Assembly: GCA_030141605.1 (NCBI GenBank)
Contig: JAQGDQ010000012.1
Coordinates: 496,001-560,000, forward strand
Reading direction: 5' to 3'
Source: Tubiluchus corallicola
Taxonomy: Eukaryota; Animalia; Priapulida
Length of the DNA: 64,000 bases
Within the stretch, counting starts at the first letter, position 1, and each line of letters opens with the position of its first letter. The position numbers and the translations under genes are program-made. Under the pieces are notes generated by a model. That model searched no databases. It saw nothing but the letters and a program-made list of their open reading frames with translations, and was not told the origin of the DNA. Positions 47,725-59,700 of the stretch are shown here, piece after piece.

Positions 47725-50700
47725 CTATACTTGTGTATGCACTGCACCATTTTTAATGCGCAAAGCAAGAACATGCAGCTCAGCATCATCATCAGTAAGA
47801 TTACAGTCACTCTCTGTGTACGATGCATTCGTAGACGTATAGCCACCCACTGAAACTGACATGTCGTCAAGTCCTGATATAGCACTAGCTGCTTCTGAAT
47901 TATATTCACTATCCATCTGTAGGCTGTTTCTAGCATTAGGTTCATTACATGGAACACAGTCATCTTCGGGTGGTGGAGAACGTGGTGGCGGCGGCGGCGG
48001 TGCCTCACCAGCAACAATGTTATTTTGATTACTATTTTGTTCTAGCAAGTCATCGCCAACATCATAATTATGGTCGGGTAAATACTGATTAGGATGTCTA
48101 TCATAATTACGCTGTTCAACTGTGCCATCATCCTCATCAGCGTAATTAAGTCCAGCAATTAGTGCACCAATATCTGGCTGCGGTAAGTTATTTTGATAAT
48201 CTAGCAGATTATCATCATCGAATTCAAATTCATTGTCAGCGAATTCCGAGTCACCCACATATTCACTTTCATCATCTATCATATCAGGATAACTAACTTC
48301 ATCTTCCTGTAAAAGGATGATAAACATTACAAGGTGCCTACGGCAATAACAGCTAAACCTGTACATGCAAGTAAGAATCTTAAGAATTTCATTTTTTCAG
48401 TTAACTGCATTAAAATCAATGGATCAAAACGATTTTCATTCATTAGATAATTTTTCAGAGCAATTAAAAAATCAAGGAACACATTTTCCAAACAAATGAG
48501 TTAGTGTTAAAGAATAAGAAAATTACTTAATTTACTACATATTAATCTGAGAAACAGTATCTCAACTACAAGAGCCAAATAACTTGTATTGATTTTATAA
48601 TAACCGCAGATTTTACAATACATTACAGAATTGCACCTTTTAGCTAGCAATGGCTTTAAAGTACAGCTAGTTCATTAGCTGGTTCATTCACAAACCTGTT
48701 CACTCAAAAATGGTTGCATTTCCTTCGGCTGTTCTTCTACGCAAGCATGTGTGTTTGATTCATTGCTGTGCAAGCTAGAAGTGTTACAGTCTGGTAACTC
48801 TTTCATCGATACTTCAGAGAGCTTGCCGAGGTTACTCCCATAAGCCCAATCTGAAGCATCCCAGTAATAACCTATAAAAATACTCAAACGTTATAATTCG
48901 CATACTAAAATAAGCAGCAAAGGATTAATGGCTTTGTTTAAATCATGTCTAAAGAAATAATTATATCATGAACAGGTAAGGCAAAATATTTTTTCACCTT
49001 TGCACTTCACTTCACGACTAACTGTAGTTGCATGAAACACCAAATCGCTGATTAAACCACTATTTTATTGACCACCATTAAACAATAATGGACAGTTTTC
49101 ACATATAATGTGTACATATGCTATCATGCTACCAGCTAACACTCGGACAATAAGCAAAGATTTTAAAGACACAGTAAGTACAGCGTATATCTTTTACAAC
49201 ACAAGATATAAAAAATATGCATAGCTCTTTTCGATGACATTCGAAACTTTCAGGGTGTTTGAAAGAAGTTTGTAATTGCCTGAAATCTTTTAACTTAAAC
49301 TAAAATGCTGAATTACAGAGAACTGGAAATGTCTCTGCATATTTTTTACTTATTTGGCACAAGTAAATACTTAATATAAGCCACACACATACTTCCAACG
49401 TCTTGTCCATGCAAGAATGCAAACAAAAGAAAAAACCATAATCTTAACCGCATACACATTTCAGTTATTTTATCGAATGCAAAATACAGTGTAACAACAT
49501 ACTACAAGCATTACAAATGATAACAAGTGTTTAACGCAGTCAAATCATGCAACATATATGATTAAAAATGCTTCCCACTCCCTAAGCTAACATTGTACTA
49601 ATTCACTATTATTTGAATTTGGATCATAAAATGTGTACAAATTAAAATGCACTGTTGCAAACTACATATAAACAATTATTAGCTTATAACATTGTGGTTG
49701 TGACTGGCAGCGATGCACTAAAGTAGCATAAAACCAAGGGCACGGGATAGAAAACATACATTCATCATGTAAAGAACACTAACAAGAATATGTCGTTATG
49801 CTTTTCACAATAAAAAGACACGCTACATTTCTATAAAGGAAAGAAACATGAATTTGTTCCATTCACACTGTTGCTTTGGCACTCTATGCACCAAATCGCA
49901 ATTTAGACATTAGAAAAATCATTCATTACCTAACTGCCATTAAAAAGGTACTGTACATAAAATGAAAAGCACCTGAGGTACAGGTAAAAGGTCTTTACGT
50001 GACTACATTTTTCTTTTGAACTGCAACAGTGTGAACTTTAGGAAAAACAAAATGTGTTCTAGTGTCCCAGGTAAGTGACAGACATTTTTCCATAGTACGC
50101 AGCACATTTTCAACACGAGGCTTTCAACATCTTTTACATTGGGATTACTGTACTAACATTACAACAACAAACATACCTGCACTTCTACCACAACGACGAG
50201 CATTGCTTAGTGGAACATCTTGTACATGGAAATAGAGAAGGCATTATGACTTAAAAAATCACAGTATCAGTAAGAAGGAAAGAATAACAAAAGTGTGTCA
50301 CAAATTCACTGCATTCTGAGAAACAACACTGCATTTGTAAACAACAAAAGTGTGTGAAAAATGAAGTGCTACATCAAATATAACTTTTTAACATACTTTA
50401 AAAGTATTAATAATAACTGTTACATATTATATTCACATGTTAGCTACTAATTTCATACACGTTTTTAGGGCTGCAGTTTCCATGCTACAATGCACTAACA
50501 GTTACAAAAAGATTTATTGTATAGTCATGCTTAAAGATCATGCTACTTTTTATGCAGTATGCATAATAAAGAAAATGTACATGCCAGCCATGAATTCTGT
50601 AACATCACAGACCTCAAATGTCGTTTAAACAGTCAGGTGTCAAAAAGGGCTATATTGCTACAGCTACTAAATATTGTCCAATAATTGTCTCAGAACAGGC

Positions 50701-53700
50701 AAATAAGGGTATTCATTTTTTAAATTCTACCAATTTCTAAATAAGTGAGACAAGGACAAGTTTTGGGAGAGACAATTTTCTTAGAACATATTTCATTCGT
50801 TAAGAGCAAGCCATTCAGTCCATACAAATGCAAGCAGAGCACATAGCTTAATATATACTCAATAAAATGGGTTATTGTAAAAAACATTTCACAATCAGAT
50901 CACGATGCATACAGACCATGGAAATGCCTTCAGTTACGACTATGGTATCCTAAAGTCTTATTCAGTATAATTGCTGAAAAGTACACTTTGAAACAGATGA
51001 AGGGAGAACATGCAATGAAGCTGTTCTATTTCATATGCACATGCTTGAATATGCTGCCTTGGCTAATAAAGCTAACATTACGAAAGTAACTGTAGTCAGT
51101 CCAAGTTCATAACAGGTTAACTTTACAAATAAGAAAACTGAAACATGCACTAACAACAAACAGTGCAGTAGTGCACAATTTTTACTACCTTCCTTTTCGA
51201 AATTGTTCAGCGGATATAAAATGTTTTTTCTACAATAGGGAATGCCACCTGGTCCACGCAGCTGCACGACTACAAGGTACCGCAAGAAAGCAACAAATAC
51301 AAAATAGCATCAGAATAACAAACTTATCAAGCTTAGTACCAATCCGATTTTGTAAATATGCAATTATATGAATATTCAAGTATTACAGCATTATAACACA
51401 ATTATACTCAAATATGCATAAGACAAAATTTGGTCATCAGTGTGGTTTTATAATGGTGTATTCCATCCTATATATAAAATGTGACATTTTTAACTGCCAT
51501 TTAAACTCAACTTTGGTAATATTTTATAATTGGTTTTTGTAACACTAATACGAGCAGAATTTTCTATATGCTAAGACAAATTACAACAAAAAAGCTATTA
51601 TTTTCCAATTTCGCTGCCTTTTCAGGTTTCTACATCACAGGTGTTGCTGGTAAAAGTTGAATATACTGCAATGAAATTTCATATGCAAGATTTCTAGTCA
51701 AATAATACTTGGATGAAGTGAAAAAAGATTCTACAAGCGGTATTCCACTAAAATCAAATTTGAATTTTACTCCATACAAAACTCGAAACGTTTTTCTGCA
51801 AATGAATTTTACAATGTATTACTTCAAATGAAAGTACAAGGCTGGGTCATTCTCTGGTACTTGCGACACAGCTTCTTCAATGCAAGTTAATTGATAATTA
51901 TTTATGGTAACATATTTATATTAACTTGCAAACCAGCACAATTGCAGTGTATGATAAAATTGTGCTACTAAATTAAGAATTAAAATGCTGGGCTATTGTA
52001 TGATATTGTGAATTATCAATCAAAATTTTTGCTATGGCAAACTAAAAATGAAATGTATCCCCAATTAATACATCAAAGGTCCAAACCTTTTGTCCAATCA
52101 CCAACAGTGATTTGCAACCGTGCACGTTTTCACTTAATATGATCTTAATTGTAGAATTACCTTAACTGTAAAATGAATATAAATTTGTTATTTGGAAATA
52201 CTGGCCTAAATCATTTACAAATAAAAAAACAAATACAGCAGAATAGAGGAAATTCAACTAACCAGGCAAGTCTTCTTCTGATACAGCAGGGAGTCCAGAT
52301 GCTGGAACTGGTGTGCCAATTTGTGAACGTGACCTTGGTGGCGTTGCAATGGCTAAAGCAATTGACGTCGGTTCTGATAAGACAAAAACACATTTAAATT
52401 AGGCAAGAAAAGTAGCACAATCAGCAAACAAATAATATGTATAATTATTCTTACTAAAATCAAAAATGGAGCAAATCAGGTACAAGAACCCTTGAAATTC
52501 ACAAAAAAGCACCGTCTGCAATAGCAAACTGATAATATTAATAAAATGAATCACATGCTTACGATTTCGACGCTTTCCTGCATCCCAGCATTTGCCAGGA
52601 TCAACGGGAATATTTGGAGTTTGCCCCAACAAGGGTTGTCGCAAGGACTCTGGCTCACGTGCACAATAAACCTAAAGAAACGTGCAGCAGAAATGTGGTG
52701 AATGAATATGAAAGCACAGAAAAACAATGACATGTCATGTCAAAAAGTACAACATGTCCTCCTTTATTTTACTTTCAATCAACCAGAAGTCCATATACAA
52801 TAAACCTATTTCAGTATTTATAAAGACACATTTTATAGTCAGTGAATTAACACTGAATTAGAGCATAGCAAGATGATTTAATATTATTATATACATCTAC
52901 TCGTATCATGATTAACATTTCGTGTATATATTGTCATTATAGATTATAGTTACTGAGTGAATTTTGAGTACTTTTGCAGTGATAAATTGTTTTAATATTA
53001 CTATTGTATTATCAAAAACATTTCAGACTCATACGCAATTTACAATTTCTCCAGCACATTTTATTAGGACTTGTACAGTTCATGAAGTTTGTGTAAATGA
53101 ATAAAATTGTTGAAACAAATGTAATTTTAGAGGTTATCCATCTCTACTACTCAACCATAAAGCCAATGGAATAGCAATAGGTTTCAGTTTTCTTTTCCTG
53201 TCAAACCAGATTCTGATATGCCTTAAGCTCAAAAACATTGTCGAGAAAGTCAGAAATTTTTGTATCTGCACTACACTTAAAGAAACTGTCATGCTGCCTG
53301 GTTGTCCAGTTCTTTTGTCCTCAATCACACCTAATAAACGACTATTTTTTACAATTTTATATTTTGGAAATTGTAAAAATGATCATTCTTTGGGAGAAGC
53401 ATTACTTGAGCAGCACAAGGCAACCTGGCACTCTGGCAGTGAGACTTAAAAAACAAGAGTGATCAAAAAACTGAAAATTCAACCACGCAGCAAAGTAAGC
53501 AGCACAGCATTAAGATACCAGGGACGTCACCCTACAACTTTCGCACACTTTACCTCATTACTAATATTTTTTCATCTCTCGTATACAAAGTAGATGTGGA
53601 CAAAGCTATGATTTGAGTTTAACATTAAAAATGCATATAGATGTCTAAAGAGAAATCAGTCAATCAATCAGACAACCACTAGTAATAAACAATAACTACA

Positions 53701-56700
53701 AAGCCAGCTACTCACATTTTTGTTTTGCACAAAGTTTCGGTCAAGTCGCCTGTTTTCTTCCTTAGTTGCATATCCTTGGTTAATGTTGTTTAAAGTTGGC
53801 TGTTGTTTAACATAAGAAAGTGGTCGAGGCGGCACATTTGGCTTTGATGGAACACGTTCATTATCAAAAACATTCATCGCTAAACCCTCCGAGTTATTAA
53901 TATCTTGAGACTTTCGTCTGTGGCGACATACCCGATATATTACAAACACCAAAGCCAGGATAACGATGACGGCAACAGCAATTATGGGACCTGGAAAGAA
54001 AACATGCTGAAATCAGTTTGCTGTCTTAATAAATGAACGAGCATTGAATGCACAATATATTCAAAAGCTGTAGTTTCACAACTTACAAACAAACTAAGTG
54101 GAAATGCTGTTTACGAACCTGGTTTACTACAAGTAAAATACGTCCAAAATGAAAGCGTTTATTTATTTAGTCGTTTATATGCACTGTGCATCTGAAAGCA
54201 AAAGTGGGAGACTTACCTACATATGTCCAATGGTTGACACCAGCTGCCGTTATTTTTGGAATGCTAGTGAAGTTTTCACAGTTAATACCTGTCATATAGT
54301 GATCACAGTGACATCTGTAAAAGGTACAAGAATCAAATATCTTTCATACTATGTATATAATGCAATATATAATGCAGTACAGGCCTTACAGTTATGTAGG
54401 TATGGGTATGAAAACAACCCAAAATTTGTCACACACTCTAGAGAAAGTTCGAGGAAAGGAAAGCGAAAGCGCAGCAAGTTCGATTTGCACGAAAATAAAC
54501 AATTTGCCAGATCAGACAATATACGAATAGCAGAAAATGTGTAATAATAACAAAATAAAAAAAGTATCTAAATTCTGCATTTAATAAGAAGCTGCAAAAC
54601 TCACTTGTAAGAACCATGTGTGTTCTCGCATGTGCCACCATTCAGGCATGGATTGCGTACACACTCGTCAATATCATACTGGCACACTGGTCCTTCAAAA
54701 CCCGTACAAACACATTTTGGTCCTACTGGCCCCTCTGTACAAGGCATGCTGTTGTGACATGGATTTGGCTGGCAGTAAAATCCGTAATCACATTGTTTCC
54801 CTGTCATCCGTCTGGGACACTCGCATGTATAATCATTGCCTGAAGAAACAAACTGTGATGCAAAGGAACAAGCTCATAAAAATGTGGGGCTATATGTATT
54901 TCTGATTATATTTATATTCACATCTAACATGGGGATCTTAATTGTACTCCTTAAAAAAATTAAAATTCACCAGGAATGTACATTCAGGGCATTGCAAAAA
55001 ACAATGCACAAACAAAAGCTATGAACACATTAAAATTACACCATAAATGTCCAGTAAGAGTGCCTTTATATTGGAATGTACACAAACGAAGTTACTGTAG
55101 TTAATCTCTTCTTATGTGATCTCAAGTTCAACCGCATTTTTTTGTGATTTGATCAGCAAATTTCAGGACATCAATATACTTCTACTGCACTGTTTTTTGG
55201 AACATCCTGTATATTGCCGCTTGCCAGTAAACCCATTAATTTTTATTCTGTTTGGATATTATCGCTCATTCTTATCGATTATAGCTGGATGAGTGTCACG
55301 AAAAACATAGTAAGCCGAAACCGAAGTGACAAAACATTCTCCTAAAATGACCATTAAGTCCAAGTCTATAACTGAAACATTATCACAAAAACTAACAACT
55401 TGTCAGAGGTAGCAAATAGACAACTTCGGTTAAGTTTCATAAAATTTTTAACATTCCATGAAAATAAATTTCCCTTCCCTGGTTCAGCAATGTCAAATGA
55501 TTTTCAGAAAAAAATTAGCAAATAACTCTTGGAAACAATGTCATTTCATAAATAAACAATAGGAACAAAAACGCTCACTTGTTATGTTATTCTTAAATAC
55601 ATACTTAAATTGTGGCACGTTCCACCATTGTGACACGGATAAGAGGCACAAGGATCAGTGTCTAGCTCGCAATATTCCCCTTTGAAACGAGGTTCGATGC
55701 ACTCACAATGGAAATGATTAGGACCAGTTTCCACGCAAGTGCCACCATTTAAGCATGGCCGTTGTCCGCAAACTCCTAACACCAGAGTACGCTGACATTG
55801 AAATGATATGTTCACTAACCTGCCAAAAAATAGTTAGCCAATAAAGCATTAGCTGCAATAATGATATAAACTGCTACTACTTTAAGCTATTTTCTGCAGA
55901 ATTCATTCATTTAACATGATCTCAGTAACATAAAGCTATTTTAGGGTATAATTTATAACTATAATTATACATATTACTATAAAACTTCATTACAATTTTT
56001 TATCTTAACATTTGGAACATGCGGAGTGACTTTTAGAGAAAAAATTAAATACAATATAACAGGTATTCAATGTTTAACAGTTAATATTTTACTAATAGGC
56101 CCAGGCCAATACATTTGATGCAATTTTAGTTTTGTTTGTCATTTTTTTCTTTTGAGTTTTGTATCACGAATGTATGTTATGTACATTGCCTCCCATTGCT
56201 AATTCTGTTTAATTTTGTTATTTAGCTTTGATTTTTATTGCTAAATTTATTTTTGCTCTTATTTTGTTTTATTACGTTACAACAATAATTTATATTTCGT
56301 TTTGCTACTCATTTTGAGTTCTGCTACATAAATGCAAGTGCATGTTGGTCATATAATTGCAATAAGTTGCCATTACTCGCATTTTTATTTCTGGTTGAGT
56401 TTTATCGCTAAATTTCTATTTTTGCACTTATTTTGCATTATTACAATTGGATTATAAGATTTATTTGCTGCTATAATTATTAGTTTTACAAGTACTTTGT
56501 TTTTATTTGCCAACATTTTGTTCAAATAAAATGCCTTCTTTGCTAGCTGTTAGTTAATATACTAACAATTTTTTCTAATTATAACATTATTTTTGATATA
56601 AACCTTTGTTATAATTAATTAATTTATTGTTATGCCATAAGTTGCATGTATAATGCTATAAGCAGCCACTAGTACACGCCATTTTTTGCAAAATTTACTC

Positions 56701-59700
56701 ACGTACCTTCGAACCTCTCCCACTTTATTAGCACCAGCTCTTGGCAAATTGATCTTGTCTATTTTTAGGTCAGCAAGACATCCCTTAAAACCTTTAGTCA
56801 CAGACGTGCGTCCACCACTAAGTTCAGCTACCTCTGCGCCAAAGAACACGTCATGGCTATTCAGATTTAAGACATCGTTTGTTCCTGGCACGCTGCCAAG
56901 TGCAGAAAACTTGCCATCGACAATTAGCTCTGCCTGCTTCTGGTTGCGATCAACAGTAATCTCATGCCACTGACCATCATTCACGTATATGTGATTCACA
57001 CGAACAAGGCCTTCACCACTCCCACAATCAAAGCGATACTGAACAAGGCCATTTACGATCTGTAACCATTAGTAACTCATTAAGTTCTGCAATAATTTGA
57101 CCAGTGTGCTAAATGATACATAAAAGCAAAATACAAACTCTTAACATCATGTAAAGTTAAAGATTGGTATTGTTGTCAAACAAGAGACACAACACATTCA
57201 GGTAAGTAGCAAAATATACTGCACCTAGTTGCAATAACACCAAACAGGCTATCAGAAAATTAAATTGTAGAAATCTATTTAACTAAGTTCAAAGTATGAT
57301 TAAGTTTACTAAAATTTAGAAAACTCAGGTAACAAGGTGCCTCTATTTGTGCTTCATTATTTTGTGTTTTAAACAAAAAACAGTGTCCTTGTTATATAGA
57401 TATATCAAGATTAGCAAAGATTATAATTACAAATATACACATGAAAAGAATCCTACCTCCAAAATGCTGTAGTCAACTCTGCCTGAAGTGTACATGAGAT
57501 TTCCACTATCAGCAATAGTTCGCACACTCAGAGACAGGCTAAGTCTTCGATCTATCAGATTAACCAGAGTATATCTTAAATAACTCGTACCATTGAGGCT
57601 CATTGGCTTCTTCTCTGAAATAACAAGTGACACAGTTAGCATTATCACTAACAGCTTCAACATGATGTCAAGAGAATGCATGAACATTATGTAGACAGCT
57701 ACGAGTTATTTGAACTGCCATTTTCAAATTTTTATCTGAATTTTTATCGGCACTGTAATTGTACAATGTGGTCTGATAAAGTGTGTACTGGAAATCAGCA
57801 CACACCTGGACCTGATTCTGAAAACTTTATTATCTGCCTTCACCTGGCAATGTATGTTTGCTTAAACCAAACGTAACACTCACATAATCACAAGCTGGGT
57901 ACATATGATGTTCAAAATTATAGCATGTTAACCACAGTATGTTATCAAATGACATACTATGCCAACATGACAAACATATTAGCTACAAGCGTAAAACGTG
58001 TCTTATCTGAATGAGGTCAATTTCAAGTGTAAACTACAGCAGTAAAAGCTCAAAAAAGGACTGAAGACAAAATAAGGCTAGACGTGAAAATGTAATTTAG
58101 AAAGTGCTGATAACCAAAAACTGTTGAAAAGCATTGTACATGCACAAATGAGCAATTAGGCGTATTAGTTTTGGTGTGACATCACTGTCATCTCTAGCAC
58201 CTTTAACAACGCAAGTGTATAAGAAGTAAAACATAAAATAAAATACGTATTACGAATACATCAGAAATACACCAAATTATACACATCACAGATGGCCAAA
58301 AATAATTTTTTAACACACGTAGATCTAGTAAGAAGGCAAGCAAATTCACTTATTAAACTGTAGCTGTATGTAATTATGAGACCTGGCATGGTGTTTCACT
58401 AGGCTGTATGACTAATATTGTGCCAAGTAGGGCTTACTCTCGCGATCAAATCTGTGATCTACAAGTGAGCTGCTAGCCATAACTTTATGAGTTAATACAT
58501 GCATTAAAGCTAATAATTAACTGTTTTGGCCAAACTTTTTTCTTGTGAATTACTTTTAGTCTAGGTTATGCCTATGCCTTTTAGTCTAGGTAATAATAGT
58601 TAGCCTATTATTATTATTATTGTTGTTGTTGTTGTTGTTATTATTATTATTATTATTATCATCATATATTATATTATTATTATTATCATAGATACTGGTA
58701 CAGAGCAATGCTGCTATGATAATAACTGCTTTAGTATTACTACAGTAACTCACAAAAATATTCCAGATAAGGCCATACTAACTCATTTGAACCTACAATT
58801 TCTTAAGTGCGCTTTCATTAGGCTTACACAACTTATGGCTTTTGTGCAAATGAGTGAAATGCTTGTAATTTCAGGGTTTATCCATGTCTACTACTCAATC
58901 AGATAGCCAAAAGAACAGCAGTAAGTTTCATTTTTCTTTTTTCCTGAACTACCAGTATCCCTAGTCTGAATACGCTCAAAACACTTGTCAGTAAAGAGCA
59001 AAATACAAATTCTCATGCCTTTTCGGCTTCCAGTTGTTTTGTGTCAATTACACCTAAGAATCCACCATCCTTTTACAATTTCACCATTTAGAAAACATAA
59101 ATATGGGCAATCTTTGTCAGATGCACTAACTGAGCAGCACAAGACAAACTGGCGCTCTGGCAGTAAAATGTTTAAAAAGCAGGAATGGACAGAAAAAAAT
59201 TTAACCACGCTGCAATAATAACCCAGCGTGATACCAGTGATGTTATGCTAAGGCTTTCACACGCTGTACCTCATTTCTAATTTTTTTTCATTTATTGCAT
59301 GTAGTGCATTGAAGTATTGCATGGACAAAGCTATGATTTGAGGTTAACATTAAAAATGCCTTCAGCATTACTTCAATAATTCTATTCTATTCTTCCGCAA
59401 TTCAGAGAAATACTGTACAACAAACAGCTTTTGTTTTGCATTTGTACAAACTCATAGACACTGTAATATCTAAACAGCTTGTAATTCACAAAATTATCTC
59501 CAGACAGTTGACTGCAAAACGTTGAGCGCAAGTTAAGAGCTACAATTTTAGATAGTTTCACAAAACTACAGTAGGTAGCGCTTAAAAGACTCACAGTTAT
59601 AGACTCAGTCGCTTAACTTACTCAAAAACGCTTGGTACCAAGCACTTATATTCAAATGTACATAAAAACTGTCAGTAATTGACTCAAATAACTCTGCATA

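Noticed and set aside
49690-49720. Additional acceptor-like site (TACTTTAG|TGCATCGC) in the Fat-like cassette intron
   Set aside because: No convincing donor follows, so it was not counted among the cassettes.
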